A stretch of 64,000 bases of DNA from Candidatus Acetothermia bacterium (GTDB lineage Bacteria; Bipolaricaulota; Bipolaricaulia; RBG-16-55-9), in assembly GCA_016201405.1 (NCBI GenBank), contig JACQCZ010000016.1, positions 23,798 through 87,797 of the forward strand. The letters run 5' to 3'. Of this stretch, positions 29,607 through 40,254 are shown piece by piece (position 1 is the stretch's first letter; every line of letters begins with the position of its first letter). The notes beneath the pieces were generated by a model, which saw nothing but the letters and a program-made list of their open reading frames with translations, was not told where the DNA came from and did not search any database. Both the position numbers and the translations under genes were made by a program.

Positions 29607-30572
29607 TCACGCCAGTCGCAGCTCCTTCGCCCATTGAGCGTTTTTGAAATACCACTCCACTGTTCTTTTCAAGCCTTCATCCAGTGGAATCTGCGGCTCC
29701 CACCCCAACAGACTCTTTGCTTTGGAGATATCGGCCCATGTTGCCGAAACGTCAGTCGGATGGGGGTCCAAATGGATTATTTTAGCCTTCTTGCATAGTA
29801 AGTCTTCCAGCGAAGTTATGATCCCCTTAAGCGAGGCAGGATGGTCTCCACCGAGGTTGATAATCTCGTAGCCAACAGGCTTAAGGGCCAGCAACGTCCC
29901 GCGGGCAATATCCTCCACATAGGTAAAATCACGCTCTTGCAAGCCATCGCCATAGAGCTGAAGAGGCTCACCCTCTGCAATCCAGCGGATGAAACGGAAA
30001 ATGCTCATATCGGGTCTCCCCGCTGGTCCAAAGACCGTGAAATAGCGCAACACGGTAACATCCAATCCATGCAGATAATGGTACGAATGGCACAAAACTT
30101 CAGCCGCCTTCTTGGAAGCTGCATAAGGCGACAGTGGCTGACTGGCTGGCTGGCTCTCACTGAATGGCCTCTCGGATTCTCCATAAATACTGGATGTGGA
30201 AGCCAGTACAAATTTTGCAACATTGAATTCTTTGCAAAGCTCGACGAGATTGAGAGTGCCGGTCACGTTGGTATCAAAATAGGTCCAGGGGTTCTCAATG
30301 CTTTGCCTCACACCCGCGCGGGCCGCAAGATTTATGACAGACTCAAAATCATGTTTTTGAAAAAGCTCTCGCAATTTCGCCTGATTTGTAATGTCAAGCT
30401 GTGCGAACGAGAATCTTTTGTCTTTTTTTAGCTGAGCTAGACGCCACTCTTTTAGCCTCACATCATACGCAGGGTTGAGATTGTCAATCCCAATAAACTC
30501 ATCTCCTTCATCCAGAAGCAATTGGGCAACACATGAACCAATAAATCCGGCACAGCCCGTCAAAAGCTTCAT
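29607..30572 (-). CDS. NAD-dependent nucleotide-sugar epimerase (extended SDR; UDP-glucuronate/UDP-GlcNAcA 4-epimerase-like)
   Basis: Rossmann TGCAGFIGS and catalytic YxxxK (YAASKKAAE). Confidence 0.8.
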   Translation of the reverse strand: MKLLTGCAGFIGSCVAQLLLDEGDEFIGIDNLNPAYDVRLKEWRLAQLKKDKRFSFAQLDITNQAKLRELFQKHDFESVINLAARAGVRQSIENPWTYFDTNVTGTLNLVELCKEFNVAKFVLASTSSIYGESERPFSESQPASQPLSPYAASKKAAEVLCHSYHYLHGLDVTVLRYFTVFGPAGRPDMSIFRFIRWIAEGEPLQLYGDGLQERDFTYVEDIARGTLLALKPVGYEIINLGGDHPASLKGIITSLEDLLCKKAKIIHLDPHPTDVSATWADISKAKSLLGWEPQIPLDEGLKRTVEWYFKNAQWAKELRLA

Positions 30573-31081
30573 GATCGCTTCCTGCTCTCGTCTGGCAAGC
30601 TGAGAGCAAGCTCACGCCCATGGATGACTATAGCTGGAAGCTGCCGGGATGAATTTTTTTTCTCAGCCACCTGAATTCCCATTTCCAAACAGGTCAGGCG
30701 GCAAATATCTGCAAGGTCGCTGTCGGAATCTCCTGCCATATGAATCTCATTGAATCCTTGCTTCCTTACTGTGCAAAGAAAGCTTCTTGCATGTTCCCGA
30801 GTCTGTCGGTAGAGCTGCATTGAATCCTGCAAGTAGAGTCGCGTTAGACGCGCCTTCTCGCTCAAGCCGCGCGGCGTGAGCAGATAGCGCCAGTGCCACT
30901 GTCCAATTCGGTTGATCTTGACGAAGCCTTTGGCAGCCATGCGCTTTAAAACCCAGTTTACCGTGCCGACTGCCACCCCTATGCCAGACGCAAGATCTAC
31001 CTGCCTGGCCTCTGGGTTGCTCTCCAGCGCCTCTAAGATTTCAAGCTGCCGAATCTCTTCTGGTGCGCCCTGTTTTGCCAT
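30569..31081 (-). CDS. Winged-helix (MarR/HTH_24-like) transcriptional regulator
   Basis: 170 aa. The N-terminal 70 aa show an HTH-wing pattern (LASGIGVAVGTVNWVLKRMAAKGFV). It sits at the 5' end of the wbp sub-operon. Confidence 0.5.
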   Translation of the reverse strand: MAKQGAPEEIRQLEILEALESNPEARQVDLASGIGVAVGTVNWVLKRMAAKGFVKINRIGQWHWRYLLTPRGLSEKARLTRLYLQDSMQLYRQTREHARSFLCTVRKQGFNEIHMAGDSDSDLADICRLTCLEMGIQVAEKKNSSRQLPAIVIHGRELALSLPDESRKRS

Positions 31082-31158
31082 GATTTTTAAGATTCAATTT
31101 TCGAATTCAACGACTGAATCTTAGCATAGTTTGGAGAAAAGTCAAGACCCCAGCATCC

Positions 31159-31200
31159 AAAAAACGAAGATCCTCCACGCTGCTCGCACAGAGGATCTTC
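31159..31200 (-). terminator. Rho-independent terminator downstream of the Asn-rich secreted protein gene
   Basis: On the minus strand: 10-bp perfect stem GAAGATCCTC...GAGGATCTTC with a 15-nt loop, followed by GTTTTTT. Confidence 0.55.
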
Positions 31201-31237
31201 GTCGTGTCGTCTAAAATAAAGAGGTTGGCAAAACAAA

Positions 31238-32626
31238 TTATCGCATAATGAACATCTTTCCCGAAGCGCTTGTGACTCCATTCACTCCTGCGGTAGTTAC
31301 CACATAGAAATAGATGCCGTTGGCCAAAGGTCTTCCTAGAGTTATCATTGGATTCCGACGCAACTGGCTCCCGGACACGAACCCGCTGTCATAAATCGAC
31401 TGTCCAAGCAAGTTGAAGATCTGAACTCTGGACCTCTCAATTCCTGTCCCTTGAGCGATGAAGTAGAGTGCTCTTCCAATTTGAAGAGTCGTGATTCCAT
31501 TGATGCTGCAAATCCGCGTGCCACGCCTGACTGCAAAGACTGTCACTTTATCCTGGAATTGGAAGGCAGTGCTTTTGACAGTCTTACCCTTTAATATACC
31601 TTCAGCGTCTCCCACTACGAATTGAGTGTCCACGGTGACAAAGTCACATTGAAGATCAATAAATCCATCATTGTTGACATCTTTCCCGCCGCATCCGACC
31701 AGTGACATTTCAGTGCCACTATGGCCAAAGGTCAGAGAAGCCACATCAATACAATCCGGTGCATCAAAGTCCTCGCGAGAAAATATTGCAACTGGGGTAT
31801 TTCCAGTGCCATCCAGGTGGATGGTATTGTCGCGATTCCCAGGAACAATGTCTATGTAACTATTCTTAAGACCCGCGCAATTATTCCCGGTCTGGGTGCT
31901 GCCACCGCTATTGTTATTGCCATTATTATCATTACCACCATTGTTATTGTTATTATTATTGTCGTTGCCATTTCCGGTCGTGCCAGTGTTAGTGCCACCA
32001 CAACCATTATTACCGGCCTGAATCCCCGGACCTGAAACGAGAGTAATAACTCTCACTTCATCGACTTTGTTAAAGGTATGCAGCTCAAGCTGCAGAGTTC
32101 GGCGATCTGTAGCAATAGTGGCCCGGTCATTGTTTGCGACCACTTCCAGACCACGAAAATCATCTTTTGGGTAAGAGACACCCGGAGCGCCTAGAATGCT
32201 ATCACTTGCATCCAAAGTCTTGTCCGTAACAAGTAGACCAATAACATCGTGATCAAAGGTCACTGCGCCTGTGTACGAAACTCCTCCATCTGTCAATACG
32301 CCAACAGGGTCAGAGTGAAAGAAATAACTATCTACAATTGAGTTGGCGAGAAGAGTTCCAGTCGGTATGCAAGTCAAGTTTTGGAACGTGCCTGTGCCCG
32401 TTAAGTTAACAAGAACATTCTGCGAGAGTGTCAAGCTCTTTGCCTCGGGAAAGAGTTTCAAGGTCGTATTGCTCTCCATAGCGCCCTCTTGGACAGAAGA
32501 GGGTGCAGCAACCTGGACAATATCTCCTGACGTGCTAACCACACTTGCCCATACGGTTGCGAGTAAACCTATACTAAGAAATAGAAAAGATAAAACGACT
32601 AGCGCAACAACCTTCTTCATCGCCAA
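31238..32626 (-). CDS. Secreted protein with an Asn/Gly-rich low-complexity linker and a T9SS-type (Por_Secre_tail-like) C-terminal sorting domain
   Basis: Signal peptide MAMKKVVALVVLSFLFLSIGLLA. Internal N-rich linker NGNDNNNNNNNGGNDNNGNNN. The C-terminal 80 aa show a CTD pattern (...VQIFNLLGQSIYD...ANGIYFYVVTTAGVNG...KMFIMR). Strong AGGAGG RBS. Confidence 0.7.
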   Translation of the reverse strand: MAMKKVVALVVLSFLFLSIGLLATVWASVVSTSGDIVQVAAPSSVQEGAMESNTTLKLFPEAKSLTLSQNVLVNLTGTGTFQNLTCIPTGTLLANSIVDSYFFHSDPVGVLTDGGVSYTGAVTFDHDVIGLLVTDKTLDASDSILGAPGVSYPKDDFRGLEVVANNDRATIATDRRTLQLELHTFNKVDEVRVITLVSGPGIQAGNNGCGGTNTGTTGNGNDNNNNNNNGGNDNNGNNNSGGSTQTGNNCAGLKNSYIDIVPGNRDNTIHLDGTGNTPVAIFSREDFDAPDCIDVASLTFGHSGTEMSLVGCGGKDVNNDGFIDLQCDFVTVDTQFVVGDAEGILKGKTVKSTAFQFQDKVTVFAVRRGTRICSINGITTLQIGRALYFIAQGTGIERSRVQIFNLLGQSIYDSGFVSGSQLRRNPMITLGRPLANGIYFYVVTTAGVNGVTSASGKMFIMR

Positions 32627-32745
32627 CCTCCTGAATCATCGCCAGGCATACCCTTTTTTCTGTCCGAGCTTTCCATTTATATATCTTTTCGTTTCCAAAG
32701 CCAAGTCTTCGCCATCACACGATCCAATCAATAAAAATAGGCTCT

Positions 32746-34077
32746 TCATCTCAGTGGACTCTTGCCCTCCAACTCAAGTGGGATCTCTAATCTCATTAAG
32801 TCCATAGCGGCTGGCGCCATATCCTTAATCGAGATTGGAGATTGCTGCAGCGAATGGCCCCTGATGTAAAGGAACGCATCTCCATAGGTATGCATTCCAC
32901 TGAGAAGACCCCTCTGGAATGGAGTAGCATTACGCTTAAAGCCAGATTTCAGATCATAACCATCTTCCGGATGGGCAATCAGATCTGGACCTCTGCCGAT
33001 AAAATGGCCATCGTAAATCTCTCTACTCAGCCATGCGTTCTGGACGAGACTCTTTCCAGTCTTTGAGTCCTTCAGACCAAGAAGGATTTCGCGAATCTCC
33101 TGAAGATGTCTAGTTTGATCCACTATGTTCACTGCCCCATGCGCCTCACGCCCAGCACGATTCAAATAGATTCTTCCTGGAGGCAAGCTATATGCAATGG
33201 ATGCGGTCGACATCTCCTTCAGCTGCCTAGCTCCACTCGGGAAGGAGAGATACCCATGCTCCATTAGAACACTATTAACATCAATCTCTGACTCAATCCT
33301 GCAAAATCCATGATCCGAGAGCATCATTAACTCTATGTTTTTATCAGAGATTACTGCCTCAAAGTCTCCGATCAGATGGTCAACCTTAGCATAAAAATCC
33401 CAGAATTTTTGATGAAAGACGTGGGCAGGATCATCTTTTGAATCTATAAAAAAATGATTCAGTCTGTCCGTCTCCATGATGTGAAGCATAAAAAAATCCC
33501 AATCCTCGGTCTCTATTAATTGGGATGCCAGTCTTTCCCGTCCCTTAAGAGCACGAAAAAGCTCTTGCAAAAAGAGATCTCTATCGCGGTACGCCAATTG
33601 TGGATCGACGTCTATGACATAGCCAGCCTCTCGGAGATGGAGCTCCATCTCACGCGGATAAGCCACTTTATCTAGAGAAGGGCAGAGAAAATCTCCGATG
33701 ATAATACCGTTGATTGGCTCTGGGGGATAGGTGCCAGGAACATTAATTGCAATGACCCGTTTGCCTTGCTCGCTCAACCGTCTCCACAGGGTCTTTGCTT
33801 GGATATGTTTTGAAGTCAATATTACATAGTTGAGATTAGGATCGCGCTCCACAAATCCAAAGATTCCATGCTCACCTGGATTGACTCCGGTCGAAAAGGT
33901 CACCCATGCTACAGAGGAAACTACAGGCACCACCGAATTCATTCGGCTAAAGCTTCCTTGACTCAACAGGCGCTGAAAATTAGGCATACAATGACGCTCG
34001 ACCGCTTGCTGAAGCAAGGAATAGGGAACGCCATCAAGGGCCAAAATAAACAGCTTTCTCTTTGACCCCGTCTTCAT
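32746..34077 (-). CDS. Alkaline-phosphatase-superfamily enzyme (type I phosphodiesterase / nucleotide pyrophosphatase-like)
   Basis: N-terminal metal-site motif LFILALDGVPYSLL. A later DHG-containing segment (LMMLSDHGF) is typical of AlkP-core phosphodiesterases/sulfatases. Confidence 0.55.
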   Translation of the reverse strand: MKTGSKRKLFILALDGVPYSLLQQAVERHCMPNFQRLLSQGSFSRMNSVVPVVSSVAWVTFSTGVNPGEHGIFGFVERDPNLNYVILTSKHIQAKTLWRRLSEQGKRVIAINVPGTYPPEPINGIIIGDFLCPSLDKVAYPREMELHLREAGYVIDVDPQLAYRDRDLFLQELFRALKGRERLASQLIETEDWDFFMLHIMETDRLNHFFIDSKDDPAHVFHQKFWDFYAKVDHLIGDFEAVISDKNIELMMLSDHGFCRIESEIDVNSVLMEHGYLSFPSGARQLKEMSTASIAYSLPPGRIYLNRAGREAHGAVNIVDQTRHLQEIREILLGLKDSKTGKSLVQNAWLSREIYDGHFIGRGPDLIAHPEDGYDLKSGFKRNATPFQRGLLSGMHTYGDAFLYIRGHSLQQSPISIKDMAPAAMDLMRLEIPLELEGKSPLR

Positions 34078-35066
34078 GAATTTGCTTTAGGAGTTGTTTT
34101 GTATAGCTGTCGATCCACAAAATGGACAAAAAATGCAAGAGCCAATCCCAAGACAAAGCCTAAAATGATTCCCAACAATGCGTATAACTTTCGTGGCGGG
34201 CCAATAGGGGTCGCTGAGCTTTGCGGCTCGACTAGCGTGTACAGCGGATTCCAATTTGAATCCGCTAGAAGCTGGACATCTTTCAGATAAAAATCGTATT
34301 CTCGAATCGAGTGGGCGATGTCAGCAGTTTGCGAGTCTCCCCACAGACCCAGTTGGAGAAATTGAGATCCTGATTCAGTCTTGAGTCGCTGGAGTTCCCC
34401 GGTTGTGGCAGTGAGTTGACTGGCCAGATCGAGGTTTAATATCCCATTAGCTCGAGAAAAATTTTGCGCTGATCCGCCAATCTTCGTCAAGTTCTCAAGA
34501 ATACTCTTCCGTTCTTCAGTCAATCCTGCTTCGCGTTGCTCAATTGCGGCACGCGCCTGATTCATAAGGTCATCTCTCTCAGTCGCGAGCAGATCTCTAC
34601 CGGCTTGCAATGAATCTTTAACCTCATTGATTTGCGCATTCAGGTCCTGCTGCAGTCTCTCTTTCCACCGAGCGATATGAGCGTTTAGAAGACTCTTTAG
34701 ATCATCAGGGCGTTGGGTCCCCCGGAATCTGACATCAATATTCGTCCCCCCTGCGATCATCTGAGCATTGATGCTGACGTTAGGCTCGCTTGTCAGCTCC
34801 ATCAGCTGAACAAGGTCTTGAGGGTTTGAAATCTGGAGCAGCTCCGATGGCTGTTGAATGGCATTACCCAATGACGACCAGACAAAATAGCGGCTCTTCA
34901 CACCCGGGTGATCAACAAGCTGGAGAACAGCCCTCGCCTCAAACTCGTTTGGCAACCGGAATGAATAGAGTAGAGAACCTGCTAGGGCAACAGCGATTAC
35001 GCCAAGAATGACCCACTTGCGAATCCAGATGATCTTGAAATAATCCTGCAGATTCAATTCATCCAT
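34074..35066 (-). CDS. Polysaccharide co-polymerase (Wzz/GumC-like chain-length determinant)
   Basis: N-terminal TM helix, long coiled-coil-rich periplasmic region, C-terminal TM helix (LYALLGIILGFVLGLALAFFV). Start moved to MDELNL. Confidence 0.6.
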   Translation of the reverse strand: MDELNLQDYFKIIWIRKWVILGVIAVALAGSLLYSFRLPNEFEARAVLQLVDHPGVKSRYFVWSSLGNAIQQPSELLQISNPQDLVQLMELTSEPNVSINAQMIAGGTNIDVRFRGTQRPDDLKSLLNAHIARWKERLQQDLNAQINEVKDSLQAGRDLLATERDDLMNQARAAIEQREAGLTEERKSILENLTKIGGSAQNFSRANGILNLDLASQLTATTGELQRLKTESGSQFLQLGLWGDSQTADIAHSIREYDFYLKDVQLLADSNWNPLYTLVEPQSSATPIGPPRKLYALLGIILGFVLGLALAFFVHFVDRQLYKTTPKANS

Positions 35067-35163
35067 GCAGAGTGCCTCCCAAAAGTCAAAAGAATAGATA
35101 ATGCATTGCACCGCTTAAATACTGAATTTATAGAGTAGATCGAGAGCAATTACAAATACTGAC

Positions 35164-36132
35164 TCATTTAGTTCTGAGTCGATCAATCTCTCTGGAAAAA
35201 GCCGAAGCGAGCTCGACTGAAGCTTCCAGATTATGAATAGAGACGTGCTCGACATTGATAGCCAAAGGCGCTCTGAATTTCATTTTATGTACAAACGAAG
35301 CAATTTCATCAAAAATTTCTAAGGACGTGGTGATAGATCGCTCTAAGATTCCACTGGGCTTTGAGAGGATGTATCGCTCTGTCTCTTTGGGGATCACAAC
35401 ATCCCACCATCGTAAGAATTCAATGTCAAGTTTTGAAGAGACGGGCGCAAAGCTCAAAAAGAGCGGCTTGAGACCCACCCCTGCATTTTTTGCAACGGTG
35501 TGATAGTCTCGCAAAAGTCTTTGTGTCAGATCTGATTCAAAAATCACTTGGCTTATAAAGAATTCGATTCCACTCTCTGTCTTTCGCAACAATCGATGAC
35601 TCTCTTCCTCACGGGCGGGAATTGTGACTGCACCTAAAAAGAGATTGAGAGTCTTTTCATTTTGAATATGTATAGCCGCCTCTTCCACTCCAGGCCCAGG
35701 GTAGCGAATTGTTGAAGATTGTCCGCCAACCAAGACCAGATTTCTAAACTCAAAGTCACGTGAAGTCTTCTCTAGCCACATTCGCTGATTTGACCAATTC
35801 GTATGAACAACCCCGCGATCGATTAGAAACTCAGGGGATTGATCACCCAATGATTTTTGAATGGAAAGCGCAAAGTCCCTTGGCTGCCATTTGCGCACAA
35901 AAGTCGTGATGCGATTTTTTCTCGTCTCGTTGCGGACCTCTGGAATATTCAATGCATCGACTTGAACATTCGCTTGAAGCTGACGCACGTGCTCCATTCG
36001 TTTCTCCAATTGATCAGAGGTAGCCCCTCGAGCTGGAGGAATGAGGGTATAAATGATTAGATTAGATTGGTGGTTTCTGACCTTCTCCTGAAAAGATGCC
36101 TGCCAAGATTCTTTCACCGCGAAACTCTTCAC
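35164..36132 (-). CDS. Methylenetetrahydrofolate reductase (MetF)-like flavoprotein
   Basis: TIM-barrel MTHFR-like motif order: IYTLIPPARG, LVGGQSS, FFISQVIFESD. Similarity is moderate. Confidence 0.45.
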   Translation of the reverse strand: MKSFAVKESWQASFQEKVRNHQSNLIIYTLIPPARGATSDQLEKRMEHVRQLQANVQVDALNIPEVRNETRKNRITTFVRKWQPRDFALSIQKSLGDQSPEFLIDRGVVHTNWSNQRMWLEKTSRDFEFRNLVLVGGQSSTIRYPGPGVEEAAIHIQNEKTLNLFLGAVTIPAREEESHRLLRKTESGIEFFISQVIFESDLTQRLLRDYHTVAKNAGVGLKPLFLSFAPVSSKLDIEFLRWWDVVIPKETERYILSKPSGILERSITTSLEIFDEIASFVHKMKFRAPLAINVEHVSIHNLEASVELASAFSREIDRLRTK

Positions 36133-36629
36133 GACGATTGAATGGCGCGAATCACATGAATAAGATCAAGCAGTGCTTCTGCAGCTTCAATGCCTTTATC
36201 ACTTTCCAATCCAGCCCGCGCCCACGCTTGCTCAAGAGTGTCCGTCGTCAGAACTCCAAAGACGATTGGAATATCGGATTCCAGCGAGAGCTTGGTGATA
36301 CCCATAGTCATCGCCTGACAGATGTAATCAAAGTGCGGCGTCTCTCCCCGAATCACGCATCCCAAAGGAAGAATCCCATCATACCGTCCAGTCTGTGCGA
36401 GAGCATGAACAGCCTGTGGAAGTTCAAAGGCTCCCGAGACCCAGGCCACGTGAATCTCTTCTTCTGTTACATCATGACGCATCAGACAACTTTTGGCACT
36501 CTCGAGCAGTTTTTTTGTGATCGCAGAATGGAAGCGGCTGACGGCAATGGCAATCGTAAGACCTGCGCCGTCTCGCTTGCCTTCAAAGGTTTTATTTGTC
36601 TGCTTTGACAAGCGACTCACCTGGATCAC
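36129..36629 (-). CDS. ribH: 6,7-dimethyl-8-ribityllumazine synthase
   Basis: 166 aa. Lumazine synthase signature: GAFELP and the ...FDYI... region. ATGA overlap with the downstream gene. Confidence 0.9.
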   Translation of the reverse strand: MIQVSRLSKQTNKTFEGKRDGAGLTIAIAVSRFHSAITKKLLESAKSCLMRHDVTEEEIHVAWVSGAFELPQAVHALAQTGRYDGILPLGCVIRGETPHFDYICQAMTMGITKLSLESDIPIVFGVLTTDTLEQAWARAGLESDKGIEAAEALLDLIHVIRAIQSS

Positions 36630-37833
36630 CAGGGAAGAGGTGATCCAGCCTGTGTCCTAGCTTCTCTTTCTTCGTTTTGAGATAGCCGTAGTTGTAATTG
36701 TTGACCTCAAACGTGATTGGAAGCTGCTCGACAATATGCAGCCCATAGCTCTCGAGGCCTACGATCTTTTTAGGGTTGTTGGTAAGAATACGAATGGTAG
36801 ATAGCCCCAAATCCCGTAAGATCTGCGCACCAATGCCGTACTCTCTCAAATCTTCTTGAAATCCCAATTGGCGATTCGCTTCAACCGTGTCAAACCCTTG
36901 ATCTTGTAGATGATACGCTTTGATCTTATTCCCCAGCCCGATCCCGCGTCCCTCTTGTCTCAAATACAGGAAGACGCCCATGCCTTCATCTGAAATTCTT
37001 TTCAGCGCCTCTTCCACTTGGGAGCCACAGTCACACTTTAGTGAGCCGAGCACATCTCCCGTAAAACATTCTGAATGGACACGCACCAAAACATTCTCTG
37101 CCCCAGAGACATCTCCTATAGTGAGCGCAATGTGCTCTTTCCCATCCACCAGGCTGCGGTATGCATGGATCTCAAAGTTTCCATGACGAGTTGGCAGATG
37201 GGCAGAGGCGATCCGCTCAATCAAGACCTCCCGCTGGCAGCGATATTCGATCAGATCGGCAATGCTAATAATGAGGAGTTTATGCGCCTTGGCAAAGGTT
37301 TTGAGATCGGCAAGCCGCGCCATCGAGCCGTCCTCGTTCATGATCTCGCAGACAACGGCAGCCGGATAGAGCCCTGCCATTTTCGCCAGATCCATGCTGG
37401 CTTCGGTGTGGCCTGCGCGCTGCAGAACGCCGCCTGGCTTGGCTCGTAGCGGGAAGACGTGGCCAGGTTGCACAAGGTCTGAGGGGCGGGCGTTGGGATC
37501 GGAAAGAACTTTGATCGTCTGTGCTCGGTCAAACGCCGAAGTGCCCGTACTTATGTCATTGCGGGCGTCCACAGAAACGGTAAAGGCACAGCCATCCCCT
37601 GGGTTGCTCTGGACCATCATCTTGATTCCTAATTCATCAAGGCGCTCTTGCGACATGGGAACACAGATGATCCCTCGCGCGTGAGTCACCATAAAGTTGA
37701 TCTTCTCCGGCGTCACTTTTTGTGCTGCTAAAACCAAATCGCCTTCGTTTTCGCGATCTTCGTCATCGACAACAATGAGCATCTCACCTTGACGCATGGC
37801 TGATATCGCTTCTTCAATTGTGTTTAAGCCCAT
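36592..37833 (-). CDS. ribBA: Bifunctional 3,4-dihydroxy-2-butanone-4-phosphate synthase / GTP cyclohydrolase II
   Basis: DHBP synthase N-domain ([14 protein letters not shown]). GTP cyclohydrolase II zinc motif CxxC...C ([17 protein letters not shown]). Start placed at MGLNTIEEA. Confidence 0.9.
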   Translation of the reverse strand: MGLNTIEEAISAMRQGEMLIVVDDEDRENEGDLVLAAQKVTPEKINFMVTHARGIICVPMSQERLDELGIKMMVQSNPGDGCAFTVSVDARNDISTGTSAFDRAQTIKVLSDPNARPSDLVQPGHVFPLRAKPGGVLQRAGHTEASMDLAKMAGLYPAAVVCEIMNEDGSMARLADLKTFAKAHKLLIISIADLIEYRCQREVLIERIASAHLPTRHGNFEIHAYRSLVDGKEHIALTIGDVSGAENVLVRVHSECFTGDVLGSLKCDCGSQVEEALKRISDEGMGVFLYLRQEGRGIGLGNKIKAYHLQDQGFDTVEANRQLGFQEDLREYGIGAQILRDLGLSTIRILTNNPKKIVGLESYGLHIVEQLPITFEVNNYNYGYLKTKKEKLGHRLDHLFPGDPGESLVKADK

Positions 37834-38422
37834 TGAACTCCTCCTTTCGGAGTTGCTTTTGCACATATTTAGCCAGGATGTCAAATTCAATATTCACTTT
37901 ATCTCCCGTTTTTCGGTACTGCAAGGTGGTATTCGCGAAGGTATGCGGGATGACGGCCACTTCAAACTGCTCGTGGCTGATGTGAAAGGGGGTAAGACTG
38001 ACCCCATCAATTGCAATGGAACCCTTTTCAACAAGCCATGCGCTGTATAGGTCAGCGACGCGGAATTTGAAGAGGTGTGAGTCACTTTGAGCCTGAATCT
38101 TTACGACCTCACCCGTTGTATCCACATGCCCCTGCATCAGATGACCGCTAAGCCGCTCACCCACGGCTAGAGCCCTCTCTAGATTGACCCAGTCGGCTCG
38201 TTGAAGATGTCCGAGTGTGGTACGTTTGCTAGTCTCCGGGCTTAGATCAAACTCGACCAAGTTCTTTCCAGAATCAATGGAAACCACAGTGAGGCAGACT
38301 CCGTTGATGGCCACACTCTCACCTATCGCGACGTCAGAAGCGAGCGGTTTTGTAAAAATCACCAGATGATTTTGGGTCACTTCTTTCACTTCGCCTAGCG
38401 AGGCAATGATGCCAGTAAACAT
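37814..38422 (-). CDS. ribE: Riboflavin synthase (alpha subunit)
   Basis: Canonical N-terminus MFTGII and the duplicated lumazine-binding repeat. Start moved to MFTGII. Confidence 0.85.
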   Translation of the reverse strand: MFTGIIASLGEVKEVTQNHLVIFTKPLASDVAIGESVAINGVCLTVVSIDSGKNLVEFDLSPETSKRTTLGHLQRADWVNLERALAVGERLSGHLMQGHVDTTGEVVKIQAQSDSHLFKFRVADLYSAWLVEKGSIAIDGVSLTPFHISHEQFEVAVIPHTFANTTLQYRKTGDKVNIEFDILAKYVQKQLRKEEFNGLKHN

Positions 38423-38546
38423 CTTAGACAGATCATAAACAACCTCTTTTATAAACCGCAATGATCTAAGTCAAGTAGTTGCAATTTGGATGCGGCACAG
38501 GTAGACTAAACTCCATTCAACGCAGGAGGAGAAAACCTCAGCCAGC

Positions 38547-40250
38547 ATGAGAAACCCCATCAAACTTGCGCTTATCTTTATCCTTGCTCTTTTGGGATTT
38601 TGGAGTCAGGAGGTCATCTCTTTTGCCGAGAATTACAACGTAACACCTGAATGGCACGTCAATTCCCTCAATGGCACCACGGAGATAGCCGTTCATACGC
38701 TTTTGGCTGACTATCTCTTCTCCACTCAGGGAGGCACGCTCCGGAGCGTATTCCTCTACTTTTCACCTTTTGGTGCTGCTCAGACCGAGCTCATTCCAGA
38801 TACTGAGACCACCAAAAATGCATCCACAGGCGGACTGGAGCGCAGTTATGTGCGAAATCCGCTTTTCCCCTTTGCGCTCAGCATCAGTGGCACGGCAACC
38901 AGCGACTTGATGTTTGAGCATCATGAAGATGAGACTATCGATCACAGACTGGAAGTCTCGTTCACCACTGTGATCAACGGGATCAAAGTCTCAAAAGTCT
39001 TTACTGTCAGCCAGAACCCAGACTACTCCGTTGATTTTCGGCTAGAGCTTGAAAATACTTCAGGGGGGTCAGCTCAGCTTACCGAAGGGCTCCAGCTCAG
39101 CTTGGGGCACGGTATTGCCAAAACTCCAGCCACAGATGCCAATGTACGCTTTCTCTTTGGCGAAGAGGTTAAGAACGTTCCACTCGATGCTCCAGGATTC
39201 AAGGGTCTTGGCTTTATGGGCTCCGGACAAGTCTTTTTCGTTAAGCCAGTTGGAGATAGCCCAGCATTCCCCGTTGAGAATCATCCGGCGGATCAGGGAG
39301 TCGAGCTTGCCGCTGAGATTCCGGCTTTAACACTTGCTCCGGGAGAGAAGCACATGTTCAGCTTTCTGCTCTATGCGGGGCGTGAGAAATATTCATTGCT
39401 CAACCACGTAGGACTGGGTGCGCTTAGCCCACCCGGCTTCTTTAGCCAATTTATTATCGCGGTCAGTCAGTTACTTGAATGGCTCTACAAGCTCACCGGA
39501 AATTATGGCTGGGCCATTATTCTGTTCACACTCTTCACACGAATCTTGCTCTTCCCACTCGCGAGGCAGCAGTTCCACTCTATGGCCAGGATGGCTGAAG
39601 TGAAACCAAGACTGGAGAAGATTCAGCAGCGTTATCCAACGATGCGCCGCCTGAAAGAGCTTCATCCCAACATGAGTCAAGAGGAGTTGTTCAAACGCGA
39701 TCGTGAGAACCGCCGCGCATTGCAAGAGAAGATGATGGAATTGTACCGCGAAGAGGGGATCAATCCTCTGGGGGGCTGTATCCCGACGCTGATCCAATTT
39801 CCCATCCTGCTCATCTTGTGGCAATCCATTTCGTATGACGCAGAAGCGATCCACTTCAGCCCTGGCTTTCTCTGGCTGAGTGATCTCGCGATGAAAGACC
39901 CGACTTATATTCTCGTCGCGCTCACAGCTGTTTTGATGCTCTTGCAGAGTAGGACGACTCCGCAGATGACTCAGTCTCAGGGGGGCCCAAACCCCATGGT
40001 CATGATGCTCATCTCTACTGGAATGATGGTATTTCTCCTAAAAGACTTTCCAGCAGGAATGTGGCTCTACTACTTCCTGACCACCTCTATCCAAGTGGCC
40101 TTGCAAATATTCATCAAGTGGGAGATGCGACAGATCGCAATGAAGAAGGCAGCAACTGCGGCGGCGGCAGGAGGAGCAGCCACCTCTGTATCTCTAAGCG
40201 AAGATGAACCCGCCGCGCCTGATTCAAAGAACAAAGAAGAGAAGAGATGA
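38547..40250 (+). CDS. yidC: Membrane protein insertase YidC (long periplasmic P1 domain plus Oxa1 core)
   Basis: N-terminal TM helix, a periplasmic domain of about 330 aa, then the conserved core GWAIILFTLFTRILLFPL...INPLGGCIPTLIQ(FP)I. Confidence 0.9.
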   Translation: MRNPIKLALIFILALLGFWSQEVISFAENYNVTPEWHVNSLNGTTEIAVHTLLADYLFSTQGGTLRSVFLYFSPFGAAQTELIPDTETTKNASTGGLERSYVRNPLFPFALSISGTATSDLMFEHHEDETIDHRLEVSFTTVINGIKVSKVFTVSQNPDYSVDFRLELENTSGGSAQLTEGLQLSLGHGIAKTPATDANVRFLFGEEVKNVPLDAPGFKGLGFMGSGQVFFVKPVGDSPAFPVENHPADQGVELAAEIPALTLAPGEKHMFSFLLYAGREKYSLLNHVGLGALSPPGFFSQFIIAVSQLLEWLYKLTGNYGWAIILFTLFTRILLFPLARQQFHSMARMAEVKPRLEKIQQRYPTMRRLKELHPNMSQEELFKRDRENRRALQEKMMELYREEGINPLGGCIPTLIQFPILLILWQSISYDAEAIHFSPGFLWLSDLAMKDPTYILVALTAVLMLLQSRTTPQMTQSQGGPNPMVMMLISTGMMVFLLKDFPAGMWLYYFLTTSIQVALQIFIKWEMRQIAMKKAATAAAAGGAATSVSLSEDEPAAPDSKNKEEKR

Positions 40251-40254
40251 GGGT

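Noticed and set aside
29841-30431. 196-aa plus-strand ORF inside the NAD-dependent epimerase gene
   Set aside because: It is antisense to an SDR gene with clear Rossmann and YxxxK motifs. No motifs of its own.
31238-32626. PEP-CTERM sorting signal on secreted proteins of the EPS locus
   Set aside because: The C-termini match the T9SS-type CTD pattern (…YxL..G…GxYFY…K.xI..), not a PEP motif followed by a TM helix and Arg-rich tail.
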